A stretch of 64,000 bases of DNA, taken from assembly GCA_040767085.1 (NCBI GenBank), contig JAXGPF010000009.1, positions 64,001 through 128,000 of the forward strand, in the 5' to 3' direction. The notes beneath the pieces are model-generated. The model ran no database searches and had not been told where the DNA came from. It was given only the letters and a program-made list of their open reading frames with translations. Source of the stretch: Kiritimatiellia bacterium (GTDB lineage Bacteria; Verrucomicrobiota; Kiritimatiellia; JAAZAB01). The first letter of the stretch is position 1. Each line of letters starts with the position of its first letter. Made by a program: the position numbers and the translations under genes. This document shows positions 19,029 through 28,688 of this stretch, piece by piece.

Positions 19029-20957
19029 CTACGGTTCATACTCGGTGGGCTCCGCCCCTCTTTCAAACTGAATCGCATCCACCCAGACCGTCGCCGGGGG
19101 CTGCCCGCCCTGCACCACTACGGCCAGCGAATGCCAGTCCGGCAACCCCGGAGGCAGCACGCCTTTCTCCCAGTACCGCTCCCACTTGGTGGTCAGGATG
19201 AACTCCTTGGCGCCGAATGTCGCCTTGGGCACCCGCCAGCCGAACCCCCGGAACCGCGCCTTGACGCCGTCGCGGTCGGCGCGCAGCCAGGCCGACAACA
19301 CGTATTCGGTCGGTTCTTTGACTTTCGGCGAGCAGGCGCCGTAAATCATAATCGGGGCGCCGCGCATCCACCAGCAGTTTTTTCCCTCGTAGGGCTGCTG
19401 CGTGTCAATCCCGCGATTGGAATTTTCGGCTTTGACGCCCAGCCGCGGGCCCCCAGGCAGCAGGTAATAATCCGGCCAGTCGGGCAATGACACCTCCTCG
19501 AATCCGGGGTTGCGCATAATATTCCTTTTGCCGGGCCGGCCGCTGTCAGGCATGGCCGGCGCGGCATAGGCCGGGTCGGCCTGGTCCGGGTGGGACCTCA
19601 TTCCCACGGTGATCGCCACCGGTAAGTTGGCCGGCGCCGGCGCGGCAATCAAATAGGCACGGGTGTCCATGCATTCCAGACGATCATGAAAGGCGCCGTT
19701 GCTGACTTTATGAATTTCCGGTCCGAACAGGCGTTTAACTTCGCCGCCCTTACCCAGCAAATCAAGCCTGAAGGTTGTATCAACCGGATAATACCGGGCA
19801 TTGGCCGCCAGCAAGACATACCCGCCGTCCGGATTGTGGCGGAGTGACACCTGCACATCGGGGAATTGGTCGTTTTGCGGATCAAATCCGCCGGGTGTAT
19901 ATGTAATTGTTTGCGGGATCTCGGGCGTAACGGCAATCGGTCCAATCGTCTGCATTTCCCGGGCCAGATCCTTATGGGTCTCCTCGGTAACCTGCTCGAT
20001 AAACGGCCAGCGGAAATAAATGAGCGCCTTGGCGCCGTGGATCACGGCCAGGTATGTCTGGCAAAACTGCTCCTTGCGCAGGATCGCCCGCTTCCGGACG
20101 CCGCTCCAGTATTCGGCCATGGGAATCACCGACACCACCTGCCCCCGTTCCGCCGCGCGTTTGTTCAGAAGCCAGGTGTATTTTGTAACCTTGTTGACAG
20201 TGCCGCGGAGGCCCTCGTTGCCGGGCGTCCAGTATATGTCGGCGCCCAGGCAGTCGGTCCAGTCAACGTATTCGTCGCCGGGTGGGATGCTGGAGGAATA
20301 AATGACGAAGGCAGGATGATTGGGGTCAAGCTCGCGCGCCAGATGATAAAGCGGACGGCCATAGACGGAACTGAATTTTATCGGCTCATCGAAAAGATTA
20401 TACCCGAGCAGCGCCGGCCGGCCGGAAACCAGCCGGATCGTTTCCTCGTAGCGCGCGCGATTCCCATCGAAATAAAGCCGGAACAATTTTTCTTTCTGCT
20501 CATCCGTGAATAATTTGGCGCCCTCCCCGAACATCAGGCCGCTATTGGCTTTTTTCGGACTGGGATTTTTAAGTATTTTTTTGGCCAAGGCCGCCTGCTC
20601 ATCGTTCAGGCCCAAGCCGTCGGCATTCAAGTCAATTCCCTGCGAATAACCGCCCAGTTCCAGAATCACTTTGACACCGTGTTGTTCGGCGGCCTCGAGG
20701 CATGTTTTGGCCTGGTCCGGCGGTTGCCGCCACGCCCAGGTGTGGACGGTATTGAAGCCCATGTCCGCGGCGGCGGCAATGTCGCCCGTGCTGCCGTGCA
20801 TGATGATGCCGTAAGGGAAAAACGGCGCGCCATTCCTTAAAATCACCCGGTTGGTCCGATCAAGCTCCCATTTGATTCCAGCTTCAGCATACCCGGTGGA
20901 GGTCAACCCGCATGCAAAGAAGATGCCGGCCAGGCTGATGATATTGCGATATTGCAT
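19029..20957 (-). CDS. Secreted glycosidase-like protein, paralog 2 (lacks the N-terminal CBM9-like part)
   Basis: NGAPFFPYG, LFDEP, YWTPG..LRGTVN, YLAVIHGAK, NIMRNPGFE, WVDAIQFE shared with 12514-15684 and 22983-26165. Confidence 0.65.
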   Translation of the reverse strand: MQYRNIISLAGIFFACGLTSTGYAEAGIKWELDRTNRVILRNGAPFFPYGIIMHGSTGDIAAAADMGFNTVHTWAWRQPPDQAKTCLEAAEQHGVKVILELGGYSQGIDLNADGLGLNDEQAALAKKILKNPSPKKANSGLMFGEGAKLFTDEQKEKLFRLYFDGNRARYEETIRLVSGRPALLGYNLFDEPIKFSSVYGRPLYHLARELDPNHPAFVIYSSSIPPGDEYVDWTDCLGADIYWTPGNEGLRGTVNKVTKYTWLLNKRAAERGQVVSVIPMAEYWSGVRKRAILRKEQFCQTYLAVIHGAKALIYFRWPFIEQVTEETHKDLAREMQTIGPIAVTPEIPQTITYTPGGFDPQNDQFPDVQVSLRHNPDGGYVLLAANARYYPVDTTFRLDLLGKGGEVKRLFGPEIHKVSNGAFHDRLECMDTRAYLIAAPAPANLPVAITVGMRSHPDQADPAYAAPAMPDSGRPGKRNIMRNPGFEEVSLPDWPDYYLLPGGPRLGVKAENSNRGIDTQQPYEGKNCWWMRGAPIMIYGACSPKVKEPTEYVLSAWLRADRDGVKARFRGFGWRVPKATFGAKEFILTTKWERYWEKGVLPPGLPDWHSLAVVVQGGQPPATVWVDAIQFERGAEPTEYEP

Positions 20958-20970
20958 GCTGACGGTCCTT

Positions 20971-22986
20971 TCACCTGGTGATTAAATAATAAATTGAAGG
21001 ATGCACTTCGCCGATCTTGAATTTTAACTTACCGTCCGCCACTTCGCCTGGCACCAGGCCGGTATAGGCGCCGTCCTGGTCCACGCTCCAGATTTTCAAA
21101 TGCTCATGGCAGGTTTTCATCTCAAAGGCTGCCTGGATGATTTCAAATATCACCGGCGTATGCCCCATGGCATATCGCGCGGTATGGGCATCGTTATACT
21201 CGGCCCCGGTATTGTCGGCACGGCCAACGGCGGTGACCAGGATTTGCGTTGATTCGGCCAGCGGCTGGTTTGAAAGCGAGGTGAAAGCCACCGTGGCAAA
21301 ATCGGTTTTAATTTTGCACGACATCCCCGTCAGCTCCACTGGATTGGCCGAATTAAAAAATCCGTAAACCACCTTGCTCATGGGCGTATCAATCCAGCCG
21401 TATTTGTCATGCCATGACCGGAACATCTCGCCGGTGTCGGAAGTCACGGCATCGGCAGCGGCGGCGGCCGGGCCGGTCTCGTCCGGGCCGATACGGGCGC
21501 CGGCGCGGCCGGGCAGGCCGGGCAGGCCTGGCAGCTCAATTTCCAGACGGTGCTTCTCGCAGTTCAGCGTAGCGGGAATATTCGGCTGGTTATGATTGGC
21601 CATGCCGTGCACCGGATTAAAAATGTCGGCATCCTTGAGCGCGATGCCGAGGGTTTCACGCGCCGGCGCCACGTCATGCCGGCGGAACATGACGGCGGCG
21701 GCGTAAAACATCCCGAACTTGGCCGGATCCATGAAAGTTTCGAAGTTACGCCGGTACTTGACCCCGCCGAGTATTGTCCCGCCCATGGCGTTGGCCGGCA
21801 AACTGCGGTACCGGTAAGTATGGAGCGCCGCTCCCGCCCATTCCTGGAAATCCGCCATGGCCGCCACCAGCAAGGCGCTCATCGAACGCCACTCATGCGG
21901 CCAGACCATGTCCCATTCGGTGATGAAAAGCGGCTGGTGGGCCGTGCGGATTTTCGCCGGCACCATGCCGAGCGCCTGCCGGCGTTCGGCTACCAGCGGC
22001 CGGTTATGGCCGGTATCGCCCCACAAATCCCAGTAAACGTTGGAAGAAGTGAAATCCATATCCTCCAGCGCCGATACCAGCGTCAAACCCCGGCTCCAGG
22101 AATCCCCGGCAATCGGCGCCTTCACACCGATGGAACGCAGAAAAACATACATTTCCTTCAGGTAATGTTTCTGCAGGGCATGGTAAAAACGCAAAATTTC
22201 CGGGGATGGCAGTTCCTTGCGAAAATCAAACGCGATCCGATCCGGCAGGGGCGACCCGCGGGCCGCCGCCCAGGCGCGGTATTGTTGTTCCAGGCGCGAC
22301 CGGTAGGGCTCGATCAGCACCGGGAACGGCGCATTGAACATGTCGTTTTCGTTGGTGATCAGAACCATGGCCATGGCGGGATCGTCCACGTAAGCCAGGC
22401 CGGTGTAGGAATTGACATGCGTCAACAGATCGCGCGCATACTGCTGCTGCAGTTCAATCAATTTGGGGTCGAAGATGGAATAAGGCTTGGCGCCGTTGGG
22501 CGGCAGTTCCGCGGGGTTGTCCACGCCGTCGCCGGGCTTGAAGGTGCGGTAGATCAGCAAGTCCATGTAAATATAGATGCCATTTTGCTTCAGGCAATGG
22601 ACCAGGTAATCGAAACGATCCATGCTTACGGGGTCAAACGCCAGTGTGTCGCAAAGCTCACGGCCTTTGGAAAATTGAAATATATTGGGCGCGGCCCATT
22701 CCGCGTCAAACTGGTGGAGGCGCACGATATTCACGCCGAATTTCGCCAGGCGCCGGGCGGTTTTCTCCGCCACGTCATGCGGCGGGAAGCAGGCGGCCGA
22801 GTTGATCAGCGTCCCCCAGAACCGGCCCGGCGCGCCGTCGGCGAAAACGAATCGGCCGCCCTCCGCCCGCAGGAACCCGTGTTTGCCCGCCGGGACTTCA
22901 TCCGCGAACATCCAGGAAATGTCCAGCGGCGCATCGTCCCAGTGCATCGTAAATTCCGCGTATCCCGGCTTCATGTAATTACTCAT
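20971..22986 (-). CDS. Clan GH-A (GH5/GH42-like) glycoside hydrolase
   Basis: PAGKHGF, FWGT, GVNIVRLH, LTHVNSYTGLAYVDDPA, ITNEND (acid/base-like), FITEW (nucleophile-like). Confidence 0.7.
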   Translation of the reverse strand: MSNYMKPGYAEFTMHWDDAPLDISWMFADEVPAGKHGFLRAEGGRFVFADGAPGRFWGTLINSAACFPPHDVAEKTARRLAKFGVNIVRLHQFDAEWAAPNIFQFSKGRELCDTLAFDPVSMDRFDYLVHCLKQNGIYIYMDLLIYRTFKPGDGVDNPAELPPNGAKPYSIFDPKLIELQQQYARDLLTHVNSYTGLAYVDDPAMAMVLITNENDMFNAPFPVLIEPYRSRLEQQYRAWAAARGSPLPDRIAFDFRKELPSPEILRFYHALQKHYLKEMYVFLRSIGVKAPIAGDSWSRGLTLVSALEDMDFTSSNVYWDLWGDTGHNRPLVAERRQALGMVPAKIRTAHQPLFITEWDMVWPHEWRSMSALLVAAMADFQEWAGAALHTYRYRSLPANAMGGTILGGVKYRRNFETFMDPAKFGMFYAAAVMFRRHDVAPARETLGIALKDADIFNPVHGMANHNQPNIPATLNCEKHRLEIELPGLPGLPGRAGARIGPDETGPAAAAADAVTSDTGEMFRSWHDKYGWIDTPMSKVVYGFFNSANPVELTGMSCKIKTDFATVAFTSLSNQPLAESTQILVTAVGRADNTGAEYNDAHTARYAMGHTPVIFEIIQAAFEMKTCHEHLKIWSVDQDGAYTGLVPGEVADGKLKFKIGEVHPSIYYLITR

Positions 22987-25900
22987 GGATCGAATTCCGT
23001 CGGCGCGGCGCCCTTTTCCACCTGCAAGGCGTCCACCCAGACCGTCCCCTGGCCATAAACGCGGATGCCGAACTGGTGGTAACGGTTGATCGAAGGCGCC
23101 AGCACGCCGCTTTGTTCGTAACGCTGCCAGGCGGTTGTCAGAGCAAACTCCGGCATGGCCGCGTCCTCCCCGGGGGCGGCTTCCATCCCGATCAGCCGGG
23201 CGACGACGCCCGTCCGGTCGGCTTTCATGTACGCCGAATAGACGAACCGGGTTGGCTGGGTGGTATTGGGCACCAGGGTAAATGAAAATCCATGCCAGCG
23301 GTTAAAGAAGCGGCGGTCCTCGGTGGACCCGCTCGCCATGCGCAGGCTGGCCGCGCCATGCCAGGCGGTATTGGTGTCCTGCGCAATCAAGGCGCTCTGG
23401 GTGCCGATCAGGTTGAAATCCAACGGATCCCCGGCGGGCGGCGGCGCGCGCGAGTATAACCAGATATAATAATCCGGCCAGGCCGGCAGGCTGGCCGATT
23501 CAAAGGAGGGATTCTGCACAATGTTGCGCCGGCCGGGCCGGCCGCTGTCAGGATAACCGGCCTCCGCGTACAGCGGATCGGCCTGGTCCCGCCAGGGCCG
23601 GGTTTCCACGCCGAGTCGGATGGGCGCATCTGCTTCGGCCGGCGCGTCGGCGATGACATACGCCCGCGTGCCCAAACATTCCAGGCGGTCGGCAAACACG
23701 TTGTTGGAAACCGCGCAACTGGCGTCGGCAAACAAGCGCGACACCGGCTGGCGCACTTCCAAGCCGGCGAGTTTGAAAGTCGCATCCACGGGATACGGCC
23801 GGCTGTTGGCGGCCAACAGCGTCAGACCGCCGGCCGGCCGGCGCAGCAGCACAACCTGCACATCGGGAAACTTGTCGTTTTCCGGTTCGAAAGCGACGGG
23901 TGTATATGCAATTTCCTGCGGCAGGGCCGGCGCGGTGATGCTGGGGGCCAGTTCCTGCATTTGCCGCCCCAACTCGCGGTGGGCATCCACGGAAGCCTGG
24001 TGATACAGCGGCCAGCGGAAATACTGAAAGCCCCGGGCGCCGTGGATCACCGCCAGGTAAGCCTGGCAGACAAGCTCACGGGGCAGCAGGACGCGCTTGC
24101 GGACGCCGCTGTACAATTCGGCCATGGGCGTGACAAACAGCGCCTTGCCTTCGGCGCGCGCCCGCCGGGCGGCGATCCAGGTGCATTTCGAGACCCAGTT
24201 GACCGTGCCGCGCAGACCGCGGATGGCATCGCCGCCCGGCGTCCAGTAAGGGTCAATCCCGATGATATCCGCCCAATCCGTCATCTCCGGCGGAAAGCCG
24301 CTGATATCGGAGCCGTAAATCACCCAGACGGGGCGATACCCGTCCATCTCGCGCACCATGCGGTGCAGAATCCGGCCGGCCGCCACCTGCTTGAAGGTAG
24401 GCTCATCCAGGCTGCTGCAGGCCAGCCAGCGGGGGCTCTCCTTCATCACGCGCAAGCCGGCGGCAATCTTCTCGGATTGCTCCTGAAATAATTCGGTGAA
24501 GTTTTCCCGGCCCTTCAGATGCGTCAGGCTGGCGGCGGCAAAGTTGCCCGGATTTTCCACCGCCAGGAGCCCATGCCTGGCGGCCGTATCATGAAACACC
24601 AGCGCCTGTTCCGGCGGCGTGCGCACCCAGCGCGCCGCCGCATTGAATCCCAACGCAGACACCATCTCGAAAGGCGCCTCGTTATCGCCGTGGATGCCGT
24701 ACATGATCATGCCATACGGGAGGAACGGGACGCCATCGCGCAGGACCACGCCTTCAAAACGGTCAACCTTGAACTCATACCCCGGCTTGGGCGCACGCTT
24801 GTACAGGTCGAATTCCCGGCGGATCAACGCCTGGCCGTCCGCGTTGAGCAGCGTGAGCGACCAGCGGTGCTCGCCGGCCGGCACATCCGCCAGGCTGACC
24901 GTCACTTCAGGCGTCGCCGTCAAACGTTCCGCCACGCCCAGGCGTTTGCCGCCGGCATCGCGCACTTCCGCGGACATTTGGCGCAACGCCGCGGCCGGGA
25001 GCGCCACGATGCCGCGCACGCGCGCAGCGCTTTCCGTGGTGTAATAAGAACGGTCGGGAAACACTTCCGACAACAAATTCAAATGCCCGGTATCGGCCAG
25101 GTATTCCACCTGCAGAATTTCGCCGGCGCCGGCCGCCCGCAACTCCAATTCGGCCGTGCGGCTGGCCAGTGTTGCCGCCGGCACGAATAATTCCACCGGG
25201 TACACCGCCGGCCCCTTGACCGTCAACGACGCGGACACCCGCGCCGGATCGGCGCCGAGCGGCCGGTCCACCGCGGTAATCTCCACCGCTTGTTCCACGG
25301 GGGTCAAGGCATGCAGTTCCGCCTGGATCAGGTAGCCATAGGCGCCATTGGTCTGAACATAGTTGCCGGCCGACGCCTGGCGCAACGCGGCCAGGAACGG
25401 CGGGCGGGGCCGGACCGATTCCAGGCCCTGGATATGCGCGAAGCGGAACGGCTCGTGAAACTGGCTGAATACGGGCGACCAGATCAGGGACACCCGTTCG
25501 TAATGCGCAAGTTGCCCCATGGGATCGATCACCGGCACGACCAGGTTGACGCATAGGTTCAGCCGCAGTTTTCCCAGCGACCCATGGGCGGCCAGCACGC
25601 TCAACGGCAGGGCAATTTCAGCCTGCCAGCCGGTATCCGTCACCCGGACCGCCGAGCGCCAGGGCATATCCCACTGGCGATCGGTGTGGTAATCCCCGTT
25701 GTCCTGGCGGGTTTTCTGCTGTTCCGCGCGAACATTGGCGGCGTTTAAAATGTAATGGTAATATAAACGGCCGGCCGTCCCCGGGTCCGCGAAAATTTCG
25801 ATGGAATCATCCTGGTGGACGCTGCCGTCCCGCTCGCGTATCCTGGGTTGGATGGTTGCCGGACGGGGATTCCTGATTTGCACGGCGAGGTACAGCCATT

Positions 25901-26165
25901 GATCATCCCGCGCCAGCCGGAAAGACGCGGCATCGTCGGCGCCGTCCTTGCCGTAAAGGTACAAGCGCTCAATCATCGCCGCTTTTCCCCAGCAGGCATC
26001 GTCCAGCATCCCGTCCAGCGCCGGCGGAACCGCACAAACCGGCACGGATAACTCCGGCGGCGGCGGCAGGTCCGCCGGCGCGGCAAACACCATCCCGCCG
26101 GACAAGGCCAGCGCGACACGCAATACCCGGCGGCAATGAATATATATGCTGGAATGGCTGAACAT
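22983..26165 (-). CDS. Secreted multidomain glycosidase-like protein, paralog 3
   Basis: Same architecture as 12514-15684 with shared blocks (YHYILNAANVRAEQQKTR, WRSAVR, FHEPFRF, SLDEP, YLAVIHGAR); GGGAGG RBS before ATG 26165. Confidence 0.65.
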   Translation of the reverse strand: MFSHSSIYIHCRRVLRVALALSGGMVFAAPADLPPPPELSVPVCAVPPALDGMLDDACWGKAAMIERLYLYGKDGADDAASFRLARDDQWLYLAVQIRNPRPATIQPRIRERDGSVHQDDSIEIFADPGTAGRLYYHYILNAANVRAEQQKTRQDNGDYHTDRQWDMPWRSAVRVTDTGWQAEIALPLSVLAAHGSLGKLRLNLCVNLVVPVIDPMGQLAHYERVSLIWSPVFSQFHEPFRFAHIQGLESVRPRPPFLAALRQASAGNYVQTNGAYGYLIQAELHALTPVEQAVEITAVDRPLGADPARVSASLTVKGPAVYPVELFVPAATLASRTAELELRAAGAGEILQVEYLADTGHLNLLSEVFPDRSYYTTESAARVRGIVALPAAALRQMSAEVRDAGGKRLGVAERLTATPEVTVSLADVPAGEHRWSLTLLNADGQALIRREFDLYKRAPKPGYEFKVDRFEGVVLRDGVPFLPYGMIMYGIHGDNEAPFEMVSALGFNAAARWVRTPPEQALVFHDTAARHGLLAVENPGNFAAASLTHLKGRENFTELFQEQSEKIAAGLRVMKESPRWLACSSLDEPTFKQVAAGRILHRMVREMDGYRPVWVIYGSDISGFPPEMTDWADIIGIDPYWTPGGDAIRGLRGTVNWVSKCTWIAARRARAEGKALFVTPMAELYSGVRKRVLLPRELVCQAYLAVIHGARGFQYFRWPLYHQASVDAHRELGRQMQELAPSITAPALPQEIAYTPVAFEPENDKFPDVQVVLLRRPAGGLTLLAANSRPYPVDATFKLAGLEVRQPVSRLFADASCAVSNNVFADRLECLGTRAYVIADAPAEADAPIRLGVETRPWRDQADPLYAEAGYPDSGRPGRRNIVQNPSFESASLPAWPDYYIWLYSRAPPPAGDPLDFNLIGTQSALIAQDTNTAWHGAASLRMASGSTEDRRFFNRWHGFSFTLVPNTTQPTRFVYSAYMKADRTGVVARLIGMEAAPGEDAAMPEFALTTAWQRYEQSGVLAPSINRYHQFGIRVYGQGTVWVDALQVEKGAAPTEFDP

Positions 26166-26240
26166 GGCATCCTCCCTCAAGGCGGCGGTGATAAAATTTT
26201 CGGAACCGTTATGATAGCCCTCCGGCTGGCGCCGGCCAAG

Positions 26241-26666
26241 TTAATTCATGACCGGGCCTTTCTTCAAGATCAGGTTGCCGTCGCGCTCGGCGGTCATGAC
26301 CACGGCATAGGCCCGTCCAGCCCGCTCGTAAAAGGCGAACCGCTCGACCAGATCAAACGCAGGCACAGGGCATTTTTGCGCCGCGAATGCCTCGCGAAAT
26401 TTTTCGTAAGAAGCCGGCTCCGATGCGCTCCAGGGACGGTAATCCATGACCGCCGCCGGATGCTTGACGAATGAATCCAGCGGGAAGAACGGCAGGATGG
26501 CCGCCAGCAAATCGGTTAAAGGCACTCCGTCGGCCCGGATCAAATGCCGGGCCAGGGTCGGGCCGGGAAAATCGGCGTCGGCCAGCACGATTTCATCGCC
26601 ATGCCCCATGCTCATCAGGGCATGCATCAAGTCCGGGGAAATGCAGGCTGGAATATTGCGTAACAT
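26241..26666 (-). CDS. fucU: RbsD/FucU-family sugar mutarotase
   Basis: MLRNIPACISPDL, MGHGDEIVLADADFP, ERFAFYERA, NLILKKG. Confidence 0.85.
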   Translation of the reverse strand: MLRNIPACISPDLMHALMSMGHGDEIVLADADFPGPTLARHLIRADGVPLTDLLAAILPFFPLDSFVKHPAAVMDYRPWSASEPASYEKFREAFAAQKCPVPAFDLVERFAFYERAGRAYAVVMTAERDGNLILKKGPVMN

Positions 26667-26675
26667 GTTGTGGCG

Positions 26676-26731
26676 GGTTTCGGGTTCACGGTTGCATGGT
26701 TCACGGTTCCAGGTTCACGGTTGCATGGGTT
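26676..26731. repeat. Degenerate 7-8-nt tandem repeat
   Basis: GGTTTCG GGTTCAC GGTTGCAT GGTTCAC GGTTCCA GGTTCAC GGTTGCAT. Confidence 0.7.
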
Positions 26732-26827
26732 GGGCAACATATGGTTCATGCTGAAAACTTTTTTCTTTGCGTTCCTTGTGCTCTTTCGCGGATAAATTTT
26801 TCAGGCTTCTGCGGTTTTCTTCCGTCC

Positions 26828-27955
26828 TCACGGCGCCACCATCGCCTTGACGATTTCCCGGCCGTCCAGAACTCCATCGCCGCCCACGGCGGCCAGCGCG
26901 CGCGGCAAGTCTTCCAGCGCCACCCGGTGCGTAATCAGTTTTTCCAGCGGGATACGCCCGTCTGCGATCAACGGCAAGGCCCGGACGAAATGCTCGGCCT
27001 CGTTGTCAAAACTGCCGATCATGCGAATACCCTTGGCCAGGAGGTCGGTGCAGGGATTGAATGGAAATGTTCCCGAATCAACGAAATTGCCCACTTCCAC
27101 CACCGTCCCGCTGTTGCGCACGAATCCCAGGCATTCCTGGAAGGCGGGCGCCGATCCGACGGTGTTGATCACGACGTCCGCGCCCTTCAGATTCAGCGAA
27201 TGCTCAAAAACGTACTGGCGGCGTTGCCCGGCATCCGGCAGGTCCATGGAACAAATGGTGAAATCGGCGCCCATGGCGCGCGCCAGTTCCAGGCGTTTCC
27301 GGTTCTTGCGCCCGGTGGCAATCACACGCGCCGCGCCGGCCAGTTTGCTGCAGCCGATGGTGAGCAACCCGATCGGCCCGCAGCCCTGCACCACGACGGT
27401 ATCTCCGATTTTTATATTGGCATGCAGCATGGAATGCACCACCACCGCCATCGGCTCGAGGAATGCCGTGCGTTCCGCGCTGGTTTCGGATTTCAGCACC
27501 ACCGAATCAGGATCGTGGATGTAAAGGTAATCGCCGTAACCGCCGGTGAAATGCGGCTCACGGTCGGCGCGCGGCCAGGTGCCGTAGGTCTTCCAGTCGG
27601 TGCATTTCTCGGGCGTCTTGGCGATCGTGCAGAAATAACATTGATGGCAGTGAATGGCGGGACAGACCCCGATCCGGTCGCCGATCCGCAACGGCCGGCC
27701 GATATAATCGCTGGTAACGCCGGCGCCCAGCGCCGCCACCGTGCCGGAGATTTCATGCCCCAGGCTGATGGGATACTCGCAGCCGACCGCCTCGGCCGGC
27801 GCGCGCCAGGTATGGTAATCGGTGCCGCAGATGCCGCACAACTCGATTTTCATCAGGATGGCGCCCGGCGCCGGATCCGGCACCGGATAATTCCCGATCA
27901 CAAAATCACCCTGCGGCGCCGCCAACAAACTCGCCCTGCCCGTATGCTTTACCAT
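26828..27955 (-). CDS. Zinc-dependent alcohol/sugar dehydrogenase (MDR family)
   Basis: CGICGTD, GHE, CHQCYFC..C structural zinc site, GCGPIG. Confidence 0.9.
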   Translation of the reverse strand: MVKHTGRASLLAAPQGDFVIGNYPVPDPAPGAILMKIELCGICGTDYHTWRAPAEAVGCEYPISLGHEISGTVAALGAGVTSDYIGRPLRIGDRIGVCPAIHCHQCYFCTIAKTPEKCTDWKTYGTWPRADREPHFTGGYGDYLYIHDPDSVVLKSETSAERTAFLEPMAVVVHSMLHANIKIGDTVVVQGCGPIGLLTIGCSKLAGAARVIATGRKNRKRLELARAMGADFTICSMDLPDAGQRRQYVFEHSLNLKGADVVINTVGSAPAFQECLGFVRNSGTVVEVGNFVDSGTFPFNPCTDLLAKGIRMIGSFDNEAEHFVRALPLIADGRIPLEKLITHRVALEDLPRALAAVGGDGVLDGREIVKAMVAP

Positions 27956-28089
27956 ATTTTATTATCCTTGCAATTTTAACCACCCGCTGCGCTGGAGTGC
28001 ACGAATCAAAACGAGATTAAAAAAGCATAGATTTCCCATATTCCCGGGCTTCGTACGCTCCGTGTCCTCTGTGGTTAAATTTCCTCAAC

Positions 28090-28674
28090 CTATTCATCCT
28101 CGACATTGAAATCCATGTAGCCGTCCAGGTTGGTATGCCGTTTGGCCATCCGGGCGGCCGTGATGCCTAGTTTTTTCATCAACAACTGGATGACGATGTC
28201 CTCGAAAACAAAAATGGTCTGTTCGAACAGCGCCGCCATGGGCTGGACGGACGGGATTTCATACGGCCGGCCGCCATGCACCTGGCCGCGCAATGACACG
28301 GTGAAATCGCACAAGGCCGCGGCCTTGGAATTTGGATTGGCGGTAATGGCGGCCACCCTGGCGCCGGCGCGCTTGGCAAAACCCATGACCGTGTAGCCGA
28401 TGGTCGTGCAGGCCGCATTGACCAGCAGCAAATCGCCCGCCCCGATATTCGGACAGGTGGTGTCGAACACCACGTGGGCATCCAGGCCCATGTGCATCAA
28501 GCGCATGACAAACGCCCGCACGGCGCATTTCATCCGGCCCATGCCGAAGACCTGGATGCACCTCGCGGCGGCCAGCGCATCGAGCAGTTTTTCGACCTCA
28601 TCGTCCCTGACATCCAGCAGCACCTGGCGGTGTTCTGCCAGCACCATTTCCGCCAATTTTGTATATTCCGACAT
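28090..28674 (-). CDS. SIS-domain protein, 6-phospho-3-hexuloisomerase (HxlB)-like
   Basis: VFGMGR..RAFVMRLMHMG, GDLLLV, ITANPNS, QPMAALFEQ, RHTNL. Confidence 0.8.
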   Translation of the reverse strand: MSEYTKLAEMVLAEHRQVLLDVRDDEVEKLLDALAAARCIQVFGMGRMKCAVRAFVMRLMHMGLDAHVVFDTTCPNIGAGDLLLVNAACTTIGYTVMGFAKRAGARVAAITANPNSKAAALCDFTVSLRGQVHGGRPYEIPSVQPMAALFEQTIFVFEDIVIQLLMKKLGITAARMAKRHTNLDGYMDFNVEDE

Positions 28675-28688
28675 AATCCCTCCCGAAC

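Noticed and set aside
21508-21534. 9-bp x3 repeat encoding LPG-LPG-LPG
   Set aside because: Short in-frame linker duplication with no sign of phase variation
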